In this document: piece by piece, positions 1-13,399 of the stretch
How the letters are laid out: each line of letters begins with the position of its first letter
Numbering within the stretch: the stretch's first letter is position 1
Assembly (NCBI RefSeq): GCF_963921235.1
Contig: NC_086108.1
Location: 105,092,001 to 105,156,000, forward strand
Length of the DNA: 64,000 nucleotides
DNA from: Mobula hypostoma
Lineage: Eukaryota
Direction: 5' to 3'
Notes under the pieces: model-generated
Databases searched by the model: none
Told to the model about the DNA's origin: nothing
What the model saw: only the letters and a program-made list of their open reading frames with translations
Position numbers and translations under genes: made by a program

Positions 1-100
1 GTACTCTTTTTCCATGGATGCTGCCTGGCCTGCCGAGTTTCTCCAACATTTTTTGTGTGTTGCTCAGATTTCCAGCATCTACAGATTTTCTCTTGGTTGT
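1..100 (+). mobile_element. Penelope pseudo-LTR-derived short repeat, 3' part (cut by window edge)
   Basis: gatgctgcctggcctgccgagtttctccaacatt...tccagcatctacagattttctcttg matches the repeat attached to the GIY-YIG fragment at 13400-14369. Confidence 0.7.
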
Positions 101-1039
101 GACAGTCATTACCCCACAGCATTCGGGCTCCTGAACCAACATAGGTAACTTCACTCACCTCAATACTGAACTGATTCTACCTCCATATTCACTTCCAAAG
201 ACCCTTAACGCTCAGGTTCTTAGTATTCATTTGCACAATTTCTCTTCTTTTGCACATTGCTTGTTTATCAGTCTTTATTGATGCAAAATTTTGGCTGCTA
301 GTAAGGAGAGGCTGATGATAGGGCAAAATTGCAGTCAACAGGATAAGCTGCAATGTAAATCCCAAAGAGGAAGAGATATTCTAAAGTCAGAATAACAGTA
401 CCGTAGCTGACAACAGATGCTTTCATAATTTCTATTGTACTTTTTCCTGTAAATGCCTGCAAGGAAATGAATTTCAGGATAGAGTATCATAACATATATG
501 TGCTTTGATAATAAATTTACATAGAACATAGAACACTGCCGCACAGAACAGGCCCTTTGGCCCACAATGTTATGCTGACCTTTCAATCAACTCAACATCA
601 GTCTAACCCTTCCCTCCTACATAGCTCTCTATTTTCTACTTTTCTTCGTCTTTGAAATTCGAGCATTGAATTAGAACAAATAAAATAGAGTCTATTGTAG
701 CGCAAAGTGATTGAAGTGACCATCATGTTGTTAAACTCCACAGATTAGAGTATCACCAAGTAGTGGAAGTAACACAGCATAATTCAAAGTAAATTTATTC
801 TCAAAGTACATTCATGTCACCATATACAACCCTGAGATTCTTTTTCTTGCGGGCATTCACAGACAACACAATAAAGACAATAGAATCAATAAAGGGCCTC
901 CCCAATAGGACAGACAAATAATCAATGTGCAAAGGACAAACAAACTGGGCAAATACGAAGAGAAAAGAAGAAATAATAAATAAACAAACAAACAAACAGA
1001 AAAATAAACAGATAAATAGATAAATAAATAAATAAATAA

Positions 1040-1263
1040 GTTGTGTCCTTGAGCAAAGCACTTAACCACACATTGCTCTGCGACAACACCGGTGCCAAGC
1101 TGTATCGGCCCTAGTGCCCTTCCCTTGGACAACATCGGTGGCGTGGAGAGGGGAGACTTGCAGCATGGACATCTGCTGGTCTTCCATACAACCTTGCCCA
1201 GGTCTGCGCCCTGGAAACCTTCCAAGACACAAATCCATGGTCTCACGAGACTAACGGATGCCT
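1040..1263 (+). mobile_element. 5'-truncated copy of the tRNA/CORE-like SINE, preceded by an (AAAT/AAAC)n tract
   Basis: Near-identical to the 3' part of copies at 9197, 30289 and 31854. Confidence 0.85.
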
Positions 1264-1339
1264 AAAAATAAATAAGCAATAACTACTGAGAACATGGGAT
1301 GAAGAGTCTCTAATCAAACTATAATCAAGTGCTTGAGAT

Positions 1340-3110
1340 ATTGCATGATGTCATCACCAAACAAGAAATCCTGATGCATTCCAAATCATAGTCGGCGACT
1401 TCAAACTGGCTTGCTTGAAGAAATCCCTGCCCAATTGCTATCAGCATATAATCTCTAGCACCAGAGGTCCCGACACACTAGACCACTGTTACACTAAAAT
1501 AAGGAATGCCTACTGTTCCATACCCACACCACAATTAGGTAAATCTGATCACTTCGCTGTCCTGCCAAAGGGTTTCGGCCTGAAACGTCAACTGTACTTT
1601 TTTGCATAGATGCTGCCTGACCTGCTGAGTTCCTCCAGCATTTTGTGCGTGTTACTCGGATTTTCAGCATCTGCAGATTTTCTCTTGTTTGTGACTTGGC
1701 TGTCTTTCTCCTTCCTGCATAAAGCAGAAGATAAAGAGCAAGGCTCCAGAGAAAAGGACAACAAAGGGGTGGTCACGGGAAGCAGGGGAGCAGTATCGGG
1801 ATTGTTTTGAGTCGATGGAGTGGTCAGTGTTCAAGGACTCATCTGTAGATCTGAATGAGTACACCATTGTTGTCACGGATTTATAACAGCAGATGTAGAT
1901 GAGTCTGTCTCCACAGAATCATTCAGAATCTCCCCCAACCAGGAGCCCTGGATGAACCATGAGATCTGCACTCTGCTGAGGGCCAGATCAGAGGTACTCA
2001 AACCTGGCAACCAAGAAAGTTGCAGGAAGTGCAGTGCGATCTCTGGAAAGCCATCTCACAGCAAAATGCCAATTCTGGACTATACTTGAATCAACAAAGG
2101 ATACTCAACAGTTGTGGCAGGACTTGAATTACCTCTATAAAGTTAAATCAAGCAATATAGGCAACAATAGCGCTATGCTTCTAGATGAGCTCGATGCTTT
2201 CTGTGCTCAAAACATGGAGGAAACATCACAAACTTGCACAGCCCTCAATTATCCTGTTATTTCAGTCTCTGAGGCTGATGCATGAACAGCCTCCAGAAGG
2301 TGAACCCATGAAAAGCATCCAGCCCAGCCAGGGTACCTGGCCAGGTACTAAAGACCTGTGCTGATCTGCTGGCTGGAGTGTTCACTGGGATCTTTAACCC
2401 CTTGCTTCAGCAGTCTGAGGTAAAGCAGGCTTCAATTAAATCAGTGCCTAGGAAGAACATGGTGACCTGCCTCAATGATTATCATCCAGTAACGCTCACA
2501 TCCACTGCGATGAAGTGTTTTGAGAGGTGATGAAAATATCAACTCCTACCTGAGAAGCGACTTGGACCCTCTCCAATCTGCCTACTGGCACAACAGCTCC
2601 GTAACTGATGGCATCTCATTGGAACCCTGGAACATCTGGACAGCAAAGATGTATGCATCAGGATGCTTTTTATCGACCACAGCTCAGCATTCAATAACAT
2701 CATACCGTCAAAACTAATCAATGAGCTTCAAGACCTTGGTCTCAATCCCTCCTTTTGCAATTACATCCTCGATTTCCACGCTTGCAGAACCCTGGCAGTT
2801 TAGAATGGTAACAACATTTTCTCAATGATATCCATCATCTCTGGTGCACCACAAGGCTGTGTGCTTAGCCCTCTGCCCTACTCGCTTTAGAGTTATGATT
2901 GTGCGGCTAAACACAGCTCCAATGTCATATTCAAGATTGCTGACAATACCACAGTCGTAGGCTGAGTCAAAGGTAGTGATGAATCAGCACATAGGAGGGA
3001 GAGGGAAATCTGCCTGAGTGGTTCCACAACAACAACCTCTTACTTAATGTCAGCAAGACCAAAAAGCTGATTATTAATTTCAAGAAGAGGAAGCAAGTGG
3101 TCCATGAGCT
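1340..3110 (+). mobile_element. Degraded Rex1/Babar-like non-LTR retrotransposon (endonuclease end to RT)
   Basis: Interrupted peptides TRGPDTLDHCYT, LGKSDH, LDELDAF, LDPLQSAY and a GAPQGCVLSP-type motif; many stops and frameshifts. Confidence 0.75.
1562..1693 (+). mobile_element. Penelope pseudo-LTR insertion inside the Rex1-like LINE
   Basis: Degenerate hammerhead-like motif; flanking direct repeats acttcgctgtc (1551-1561) and acttggctgtc (1694-1704). Confidence 0.75.
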
Positions 3111-3794
3111 CGGAGGAGACCAGGAGTCCATCTTGTTGTACTAGGGGACTGTTCAAGGTAGTTGCAGCTCTGAGGCATCAACTCTACCAGCTCAACATAC
3201 AACTCTACAGTTAGCACCACTTCAACGTTTGGGTTCCTGCCCATCAATATTTCTCAAGACCTCATCTGGGTGAACCATATCTCCTTCATTAACAAAAAGG
3301 CATGGCTGAAGATGTACGTCTGGTGGCAGATGGTAAAATTCCAACTTCTCCAGAACAAACTTTGTGCAATTCTACTCTACCATCATCGACAGCATCCTCA
3401 CATCAACCATTACTGTCTGGTTTGGTGTGGCATCCTCTCACAATATACCACTGTCACGTAAGCAGTAAAGGTCATTGTCTGCAGTCTACCATTACTGCTA
3501 GACTTGCATGTGGTGGGCAAAGAGGTGGGCAGGAAAAATTGTGGATACTACCCATCCTGCCAATGCCTCTTCCACAAGCTCCATCCTGGACAGCACTATA
3601 GGGTTACTAAACCAGAGTTTCATGCCTTAGAAGTTTCTTTTCCCAAGTAGTTGATCGTGTTACAGTTACTGTTCTATAGGTGTGCTGAGTATGCCCACAG
3701 GAAAATGAATTTCAGAGCTGTATGTGGTGACATACAGCATATGAACTCTGATAGTAAGACTTACTTTGAACTGATCCACCATTCTAGTTAGTCT

Positions 3795-4140
3795 TAGTCA
3801 TCGTCATAGTCATACTTTATTGATCCCGGGGGAAATTGGTTTTTGCTACAGTTGCACCATAAATAATTAAGTCGTAATAAAACCATAAATAATTTGATAG
3901 TAATATGTAAATTATGCCAGGAAATAAGTCCAGGACCAGCCTATTGGCTCAGGGTGTCTGACCCTCCAAGGGAGGAGTTGTAAGGTTTGATGGCCACAGG
4001 CAGGAATAACTTCCTATGACACTCTGTGTTGCATCTTGGTGGAATGAGACTCTGGCTGAATGTACTCCTGTGCCCAACCAGTCCATTATGTAGCGGGTGG
4101 GAGACATTGTCCAAGATGGCATGCAACTTGGACAGCATCC
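3795..4140 (-). mobile_element. 3' end of a Rex1-like LINE with short-repeat tail
   Basis: ORF remnant ILDNVSHPLH...RKLFLPVAIK; same 3' end at 48300-48590 on +. Confidence 0.7.
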
Positions 4141-5425
4141 CACAACCCTCACAACCCCCTCTATCTATTACCTCTGTCACTGCACTTCACCATAAACACT
4201 TCAAATCACTTTTTATAATGTTGTTTACATTGTAAACATGTACATGCTGGTATTTTTGAATGTTATGGACCTTTATTTCATATCTGTAATTCAAAATTTA
4301 TTTTTATATAATGTTTATGCACTTTTTACTCCACATCCATTCTTTAACCTCTAACTTGTTTTTCTATATCATCATTTCTTCTTTATAATTGTTGAATGTT
4401 GTTTTATGTTACATGTCACACCCTGACCAACACACCATGGCAAATTCATAATGCATGTAAAGGTATATGGCAAATAAAATTGATCCTTGATGCTTGATTC
4501 TTGATCAGTCACCTCTATTAGCTCTACTAGCTTTATTAGCACCACTACTCGCTCTTTTACTCGTCCTTAGTATAGTGCCATGGGACGTATCCAAGTGGAC
4601 AGACAGGGTCTCATTGAAAAGCATCTCCTCACAAGGCTTAATGTTGTATTTGGGTGTCTGAATGGAACAAATCCAGAGCAGTCTGGCTCAAGGCAAGGGT
4701 GCTATAGTTGAACGAGCTGACAGTGATCACCAATGTCTCAAACATGCACGACTCAGCAGTCAACAACAAAACCGCTGAGTTAGTAATCTGTATTGTCCTT
4801 GTTATAACTCAGATTCCAGGATTCTGGTCCCCTGAGCCCAACCAGCATTTACACTGCTAAATCTGGCTCCCTTATCTTAGAGGCAGCCTCATCAATCCAG
4901 GGAAATATTGGTTGTAGATTTTGCTGCTGGAGCAGTTCGCTCAAGGTTTGGTAATGTGAACTTCAGAAGCCTTTGGCATCAACATTAAGTTTAATAACAT
5001 CAGATCCTAAATCATACAGACCCTCTGGGCATTTTCTGTAACCAACTGCAGCTCCTCCAAATCCATCTTTTGTTTCATGTCAAGCTTATCATCACTGGAA
5101 CAGTTATCCCCAAAGTACTTTAATCACTTTACCCTGACCCCTGCCTCTCGACTTGGCTCTGCATTCCCACAAGAAACTGGCCAGCAGCATTATCCTCCTG
5201 ACGACTCTTCACATTAATAATTGGGTGAGTAACCAGACTGCAGAGACTTCAAGTTATTGATGAGAGGCATCGAGGCAAATGGTGGAGAACTTGTTCAAAT
5301 CAGCTCATCAAGTTTATTGTCTTGTGCACAAGTCCGGTGAGGAACAGGTACAATGAAAATGTTGCTTACAGCAAAGACAGAGGAAAATAGACACAACACA
5401 GAATATAAATTTTATACGACAGTGA

Positions 5426-5451
5426 AGAGAGAGAGAGAGAGAGAGAGAGAG
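5426..5451. repeat. (GA)n microsatellite
   Basis: Direct reading. Confidence 0.95.
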
Positions 5452-5504
5452 AAAACTGTTCAGAAATGAGGGAGGGGGAGGAATTTAGAAGAGTGATGGA
5501 GGGG

Positions 5505-5885
5505 TCAGAATCTCATCGAAACCTATCAAATATTGGAAAGCCTAGAGAGAGTGGATGTGGAGAGGATGATTTCTATAGTGGGGGAGTCTAAGACCAGAGG
5601 GCACAGCTTCAGAATAGAAGGACATACATTTAGAACACAGATAAGAAAGAATTTCTTTAGCCAGGGGATAGCGAATCTGTGGAGTTCATTGTCACAGGCT
5701 GCTGTAGAGGCTAAATCATTGGGTATATTTAAGGTGGAGGTTTACCAGTTCTTCATTAGTTGTTTGTCTAGGGTTATGGGGAGAAGGTAAGGGATTGTGG
5801 TTTAAAAGGATAATAAAATAGCCATGATGAAATAGCAGAACAATCTCCAAATGGCCTACATCTGCTACTAAGTCTTATGGCCTCA
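5505..5885 (+). mobile_element. CR1-clade LINE 3' fragment
   Basis: C-terminal motif GESKTRGHS..RKNFFSQ..NLWSSL followed by a typical 3' UTR. Confidence 0.85.
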
Positions 5886-6332
5886 TGTTGTAAGACCAAA
5901 TATGTACCAGTTAGATCTTTATGTGGTAAAGACCTTAGTACAAGCAGAGATGAGTTCACAGTGGTTCAAGATGTGGTCCATTGCACTCTATTGCTGAGGT
6001 AGGGTTGGTCTTGTGCAGGTTGGTCCAAGAACCCGATGGTTGTAGTCAAGCAGCTGCTCCTGAACCTGGTGATTTGGGACTTCAGGCTTCTGTAGCTCCT
6101 GCCCAATGGTAATGGTGAGAAGGGCATGTGATAGGGGCAGCCTAAAAGTATCGCCATGCTTCTAGTGTCAACATGACATGCCCTCAACTCATTAACCCTA
6201 ACCTGTACATCTCAGAATCAGCTTTATTATCATCGGCATGTGTAGCGAAATCTGTTAACCTAGCAGCAGCAGTTCAATGTAATACATGATAATATAGAAA
6301 GGAAAAAAATAAATAAGTAGATCAACCACAGT

Positions 6333-6334
<2 letters not shown>

Positions 6335-6380
<46 letters not shown>
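6335..6380. repeat. (GT)n microsatellite inside an L2-like 3' fragment
   Basis: Direct reading. Confidence 0.95.
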
Positions 6381-6388
<8 letters not shown>

Positions 6389-6959
6389 GTGTATATATAT
6401 GTATAGTAGTGTTCATGGGTTCAATGTCCATTCAGAAATCAGATGGCAGAAGGGAAGAAGCTGTTCCTGAAATCACTGAGTGTGTGCCTTCAGTCTTCTG
6501 TATCTTCTACCTGCTGGTCAGATGTGCAAAACAGAAATAATATATAAAAAAAAGTGAGGTAGTGTTCGTGGGTTCAATGTCCATTTAGGAATCGTATGAC
6601 AGAGGGGTAAAAGCTGTTCCTGAATCACTGAATCTGTGTCTTCAGGCTTCTGTACCTCCTTTCTGACAGTAAGAGTGAAAAGAGGACATGTCCTGGGTGA
6701 AGTGGGTTCTTAGTAATGGACGTCGCCTTTCTGATGCACCTTGAAGACGTCTCGGATAGTACAGAGGCTCGTACCCAAGAAGGAACTGACTAATTTTATA
6801 ATTTTCTGTAGCTTCATTTTATCCTGTGCAGTAGCCGCCCCCCCCCCCCACTGCATTCCAAACAGTCAAGCAGCCTGTCAAAATGCTCTCCACAGTATGG
6901 CTATAGAAGTTTACAAATGTTTTAGGTGACAAACCAAATCTCTTCAAATTCCTAATGAA

Positions 6960-9190
6960 ATATAGCCACTGTCTTGTCTACTTTATATCTGTAATGAGAT
7001 ATGGGACCAGGTTAGATCCTCAGAAATCTTGACACCCAGAAAGTTGAAATTGCTCACTCTCACCACTTCTGATCCCTCTGTGAGAACTGGTATGTATTCC
7101 TTCGTCCTACCCTTCCTGAAGTGCATGATCAGCTCTTTCATCTTACTGACAAGGAGTGCAAGGTTTTTGCTGCAACGCCACTCAACTAGCTGGTATATCT
7201 CGCTCCTGTACACCCTCTCATCTCCATCTGAGATTCTACCAACAATGCTTGTATGATCAGCAAATTGATAGATGGCATTCGAGCTATAATTAGCCACAAA
7301 GTCATGGATGCAGAGGGAGTAGAGGAGTGGGCTAAGCACAACACGCCAGTGTTGATTGTCAGCGAGAAGGATATAGTCTCAGCAATACACACAGATTGTG
7401 GTCTTCTGGGTTAGGAAGTCAAGGATCTAATTGTAGAAGGAGGTACAGAGGTCCAGGTTCTCAAGCTTATTGATCAGAGTTATAGGAATGATGGTGTTAA
7501 ACGCTGAGCTATAATCAACAAACAGCATCCTGACATGGGTGCTTGTATTGTCTAGGTGACCTAAGGCCTTGTGAAGATCCATTGAGATTGTGTCCACCAT
7601 AGACCTATTGTGATAATAGGCAAATTGCAGTGGGTCCAGGTCCTTGCTAAGGCAGGAGTTCATTCTAGCCATGACCAACTTCTCTAAGCATTTCACCAAT
7701 GATGTAAGTGTTACTAGATGATATTGGTTAAGGCAGCTCACACTACTCTTCTTAGGCACTGGTATAATTGTTGTCTTTTTGAAGCAGGTGGAAACTTACA
7801 CCTGTAGCAGTGAGAGGTTGAAAATGTCCTTGAATATTTCCGCTAGTTGGTTGGCACAAGATTTCAGAGCACTACTACGTACTTCATTGCGAGTGTTCAC
7901 CCTCCTTAAAGATAGCCTGACATTGGCCTCCGAGACAGAAATCGCAGGGCCGCCAGGTGGCACAGGGATCTTCACAGCTGTGGTTATATTCTCCCTTTTA
8001 AAGTGGGCATAGAAGGCATTGAGTTCATCTGGTAGTGAAGCATCGCTACCATTCATGCTATTGGGTTTTGCTTTTTAGGAAGTGATGTCTTGCAAACCCT
8101 GCCAGAGTTGACTCCCATCCAATGTTATCTCCAACCTTGCTTGGAATTGTTTTTTCGCTTTTGAAAAAGGCCTCTACAGTTCATACCTGGTTTCCTGGTA
8201 CAGACCTGGGTCACCAGAATCTTAACTGCCACAGATCTAGCCCTCAGCAAGCAATGTACCTCCTGGTTCACCCACAGCTTTTGGTTTGGGAATGTACAGC
8301 AAGTTTTTGTAGGTACACGCTCATCCAAACTAGTCTTAATGAAGTTGGTAACAACTGTGGTATACTCATCCAGATTCAAAGATGAATCCCTGAATACTGT
8401 CCAGTTCACCCATTCAAAGCAGTTCTGTAGGCGCTGCTGTGCTTCCCTTGTCCATACCTTCTTGGTCCTCACTACTGGTGCTGCAGTCTTCAGTCTCTGC
8501 CTATACTCAGGGAGTAGACATACAGTCAGGTGATCAGACTTTCCAAAGTGTAGGTGTGGAATAGCACGGCAGGCATTCTTGATGGTGGTGTAACAGTGAT
8601 TCAGAGTGTTGGTTCCTCTGGTATTACAAGCAAATTGTTGATGGTGATTATTTAGCTATTTTTTCAGGCCGGCCTGGTTCAAATCCTTCAAAATGACAGT
8701 GAAATCGTCATTTGTGCTGTTTTGTGCATGTTGATCCCATTGCTCAGATTATCTAGAGCCTGTTTGACATTGGCCTGAGGTGGAATGTATACCACTACCA
8801 AAATGATCACTGAAGTCTCCCGGGACAGGTAAAGTGGACAGCACTTAATTATGAGATGTTCCAGGTCTTGTGAGCAGAATTGCATGCCACTACTGATACA
8901 TTTGTGCACCAAAAGAGTTGATCATGAGGAATACACCTCCACCCCTGCTTTAGAGAGACTTGACAATCCTATCCTGATGCTGTATAGTGAACCAGTCAAT
9001 CTGTATCATAGGTGTCTGGTATGGAAGGGGTTAACCAGGATTCCATGAAACAAAGAAAGCAAGCAGTCCTAATGTCCCTCTGATATAACACCCTAGCTCT
9101 GAGATTTTCAGTCTCATTTATAGGAGACTGTACGTTTGCCGGCAAGATAGTCTAAAATCCCATTTCCTTAAACATACTTGTATTCCTGAC
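6960..9190 (-). mobile_element. Degraded Rex1/Babar-like LINE (endonuclease + RT)
   Basis: Remnants VVYIPPQAN, LPDELNAFYAHF, LDPLQFAY, RMLFVDYSSAFNTI, LSPLLYSL, FADHT across several frames. Confidence 0.85.
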
Positions 9191-9196
9191 CCATGT

Positions 9197-9500
9197 GGGC
9201 ACGTGGCCAAGTGGTTAAGGCATTGGACCAGCGACCTGAAGGTCGTGAGTTCAAGCCCCAGCCGAGGGAACATGTTGTGTCCTTGAGCAAGGCACTTAAC
9301 CACACATTGCTCTGCGACGACACTGGTGCCAAGCTGTATAGGTCTTAATGCCCTTCCCTTGGACAACATTGGTGTCGTGGAGAGGGGAGACTTGCAGCAT
9401 GGGCAACTGCTGGTCTTCCATACAACCTTGCCCAGGCCTGTGCCCTGGAGAGTGAAGACTTTCCAGGCGCAGATCCATGGTCTCACAAGACTAACAGATC
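9197..9500 (+). mobile_element. Full-length tRNA-derived SINE with CORE-like segment
   Basis: A box tggccaagtgg, B box gttcaagcc, CORE-like tgtgtccttgagcaaggcacttaacc; four similar copies in the window. Confidence 0.85.
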
Positions 9501-10204
9501 CCCAGACCTGGAGCCACGTTGCTACATGGAATCCAACGAGAAGTGCTGCCACAATCAGCTTTGTTTCCGCTGGTCTTACGCAGCGCTAGGTTGTTCAATC
9601 ACATTAAAACATCTTTATTAACTGTACAGACCTTGGAAGCAGTTGTGATTCTCAGCTGTATCAGATGGAAGTGGGAATATTTAATCGTATCCATTGAGCT
9701 GTGCTGAATGAGATCACCTATAAGGCACCCAGAAGTGAGAAGTCTTTGTAATGTTGAAAGAAAAGGGAGCACCTGGGGGAAAATCACATGGTCACGGGGA
9801 GAACATACAAGCTCTTTACTGGCAGTGGTGGGAATTGAACCTAAATGCTGTTGTAGTGATATGCTCACCACAGGAGTACCGAGCAACTCCAATTAGGTTA
9901 ATGGGACAATGCACTCCATGGGTATAATGGGACAGTGTGGACTTGTTGGACCAGAAGGGCCTGTTACCATGCTGTATCTCTTAATAAAATAAATAAAAAT
10001 GAAATTTGACAAAATGGACTTGCTTGCCATGACTCCCTCTGACTTGTCTTCTGACATCTGGACTAAAAGAGTTGCCACCAGTAATATCCAAGACATGTGG
10101 AGTTTACACATTCCCCCCCTGACAACATGTGGGTTCCCCCAGGTGCCTCAGTTTCCACCCACATCCCTGAGGCTAGCCGGCTGGATGGTTAACTTGCCTC
10201 TGTT

Positions 10205-10735
10205 GTTTACCCTTTGTATTCGATAGTGACAGGAGACCTGTGCAGGAGAGTTCGTAAGGTGGAAAAGCCCTTGCATTGGGGCAGCTCCATTCTTTCCACT
10301 GTAGAAATCGGGGTTGAGTTGTACAAGTAATCGTCACAAACTGGGGTCTTCCTTGGTTGCAGTAGATAACCATTACTTCTTCTGTGCCTTGTCATGACCT
10401 CACTCTCCAGGAAACATTGCAGTACCACCTTCCTAGCCGTTGGATCTCATCATTGATCTCATCTGCCCAGTTCACAAGAGCTGACTTCATATGCTAGGGT
10501 AGGCATGTCCCTTTCTCACAGAGAACGAGGCCCACCAACTACCCTCACCTCGTTTAGCCCACCTGTGGAAGCCGAGTACCGGTGGGGGTGTGGCCGCTGT
10601 CGCACGCAAACGGCTACTTGGGGCCACAGGTAAGAGTTGAGTGTCTGGTGGGGACCAAAGGTGAGTGAGCTGCCCCAGAATGGACATGACAAGCCCCTTC
10701 ACCAGAAATGTAACCCTTCCCTGGACACTTCATAC
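10205..10735. repeat. Unclassified interspersed repeat (second partial copy ~26265-26550)
   Basis: Shared blocks cattgcagtaccac, agagctgacttca, ctaccctcacct, gctgccccagaatggacatga. Confidence 0.6.
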
Positions 10736-11301
10736 ACCCCAGCTTAATGACGTGGACGCTAGAGGTCGCTAAGGACAAAGGTTGAAGTCAAGAGCTCGAT
10801 GAGTCCAGATGTCGTGTTGAGTACAGAGTACACCTAGTGGCCAGGTGTGGGATGGTGTTTAATTTTACACCATCACACCTTTAACATGAATGTTCAGGGA
10901 AACAGCTGAATGAATGGAGGCGTGCCAGGAGTGCTCGGTTGGCAACACCCACATTTACTAGTTGGTAAATGCTGGGCTCACGTCCCACCTGCTGAGACCA
11001 ATGACCCAGCCAGATGCTTCGGTACAACCCTGGGGTGGGGGGTGGGGGGTGTGGGAGAGTGGGTCGGTGAGTGGTACTGCCTTGCACACGAGGTGTTAAG
11101 CTGAGCAAGTTTCTGTGGATGAACTGTGGAGAGCATTCCGGCTGGTTGTATCAGTGGCTGGTGTAGAGATGCTGCTGCTCGGGATCGTAAAAAGCAGCAG
11201 AAGGTTGCCAACCCATCCAGCTCCATCATGGGCACTAACCTCCCCAGCATGGAGGGCATCATCAAAAGGTGATGCCTCAAAAAGGCAGCATCCATCATTG
11301 A

Positions 11302-11792
11302 AGCCTGATTTATACTTCTGTGTCAACTCGTGGCTGTAAGTACTGCATCACTGCAACCCCTACACAGAGCGGACGCGGATCCCTATGCCAGAGCCTGACG
11401 TGCACCTCTCCCAAGATGTAACTGCGCGCCACAGCATCGCAGACTTAACAACTGTGATTGGTCCGCTTGGTAGCATCACATCTCCTCCTATGCTGCAATA
11501 GCTTCCCATTGGTCGACTGAAGGGTAGGGAAGGAACTCTGGCTGCAAGGCTTTCCATAAAGCTTTACAGACCTCCGAAATTATGGAGGACACATTTCACT
11601 TTTACGAAAAAAGATGCTCGCGTCTTGTTTACCTCCAGAAAGTCTACCCTGACCATGAAGCCTTGCGAGGGCAGGGGTGTGCGCATTCGCGATGTGCCCG
11701 AATTGCAGAGCGACGCAGACACACCAACGCACAAGTATAAATGCTCACAACGCGCGTAAGCGTCGAGTTGACGCAGAAGTATAAATCAGGCT
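11302..11792. mobile_element. MITE, probably PIF/Harbinger
   Basis: ~29-bp TIRs agcctgatttatacttctgtgtcaactcg / cgagttgacgcagaagtataaatcaggct; 3-bp flanks tga/taa; interrupts a LINE fragment. Confidence 0.8.
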
Positions 11793-12269
11793 TAAGCATC
11801 CCAGCAATCTAGGACATGCCCTCTTCTCATCGCTACCATCAAGGAGGAGGTACAGGAGCCTGAAGACACTCACTCAGCAATTCAGGAACAGCTTCTTCCC
11901 CTCTACCAACAGAGTTCTGAATAGGCATGAACACTACCTGATTATTTTTGCTGTCTTATATACATGTATTCATCATTTTAATTTATAGTTTATGTATTGT
12001 GCTGTACCGCTGCCACAAAATGAAAAATGTCATGACATTTGTCAGTGATATTAAATCTGATTCTGATTCTGAGAGGTGTCACCTTTCAGACGGGTTTTAA
12101 AGATCCCAAGGCAATACTTTAAAGGAACGTTGAGGAGTTCTCCCTGGTTCTCTCCATGCCCATTCCTCAGGGAGTCAATATTACAGGGGCAGATTACCTG
12201 AAGCTGCCTTTTGCCGGGAACCTGCAGAGTGGATGTTGTTTGTTGTTCTGTAGCAACATGTCAGAACAA

Positions 12270-12555
12270 CTTTATTTATTCATTTAAAGGTACAGCGCGG
12301 ACTAGGGCCCTTCCAGCCTTTGAGCTGCAACACCCGGCAGCCCCTGACAACTCTGACTGAACCCTAGCTTAATCACAGGACAATATACAATGACCAATTA
12401 ACCTACTAACCAGTACGTCTTTGGACGGTAGGGGAGGAAACCCACTCATTCTATGGGGAGGACGTACAGACTCCTTACAGATGATGTCAGAATTGAACAC
12501 TGAACTCTGATGCTCCAATCTGTAAAAGCGTTGTGCTGTTACACTACCGTGGCAC
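12270..12555 (-). mobile_element. V-domain SINE; related copies near 9700-9870, 21150-21320, 29420-29580, 33170-33450, 45620-45910, 52320-52570
   Basis: Reverse complement carries the ggagtctgtacgtcctcccc...gtgggtttcctcc V-SINE-type motif. Confidence 0.65.
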
Positions 12556-12639
12556 TTTGGATAAGGCTGAACAGTGCAGATTCCTTTAATTGAATTAGAG
12601 AAGATGATTACCTGGTAACTGGTGATTGGTTTATTATTG

Positions 12640-13205
12640 TCACATAGAGTCATAGAAAATTACAGCACAGAACCAGACCCTTCAGCCTATCTAGTCCACG
12701 CGAGCCATTGACTGCCTAGTCCCATCAACCTGCATTGGGACCATAGCCCTCCATATCCCTACAATCCATTCAAACCTCTCTTAAACATTGGAATTGAGTT
12801 TGCATGCACCATGTGCTGGTAGCTCATTCCACACTCTCGTGATCCTCTGAGTGAAGCAGTTTCCTCTCTTGCTCCCCTTAAACTTTTCACCTTTCACCCT
12901 TAACCCATGACCTCTAATTATAGTCCCACCCAACCTCTAGAAAAAGCCTGTTTGCATTTACACTATCTATATCACTCATAATTTTGTCTACCTCTATCAA
13001 ATTTCCTCTCAATCTTCTACGTTCCAAGGAATAAGTCCTAACCTATTCAATCTTTCCTCCTAACTCAGGTCCACCAGACCCAGCAACGTCCTTGTAAATT
13101 TTCTCTGTACTTTTTCAAACTTGTTTACAACCTTCCCATACATAGATGACCAAAGCTGCACACAATAGCCAAATTAGGCCCCACCAACACCTTATACAAC
13201 TTCAA
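12640..13205 (-). mobile_element. CR1-clade LINE 3' fragment
   Basis: Reverse complement of the CR1 RT C-terminus and 3' UTR; an internal deletion is likely. Confidence 0.7.
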
Positions 13206-13399
13206 CATGCATTTTTGTAAAATAAGTTAAATATTTTGGCTAAATATGGACAGGGCTGTGTCCACAACTCTCTATAATTTCCTATGGTAAGCTGACACAG
13301 TAAGTGAGTTTTGGGGCATTTATGGGAAACGAAGGCCAACATGTGTGGGGATACAGCAATAAACAATCTGCCAGTTTGAAGCTGCCACCTTTAAATGCT

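Noticed and set aside
857..1246. Recurrent ORF MRPWIC...KGRALGP (also at 9118, 30235, 31692)
   Set aside because: Antisense reading of the SINE, not a gene family
6405..6670. Direct repeat of ~110 bp
   Set aside because: Two adjacent fragments of a common L2-like 3' repeat seen elsewhere in the window (for example 32215 and 57950)
9197..9270. tRNA gene
   Set aside because: It is the head of a SINE, continuing into the same body in three copies
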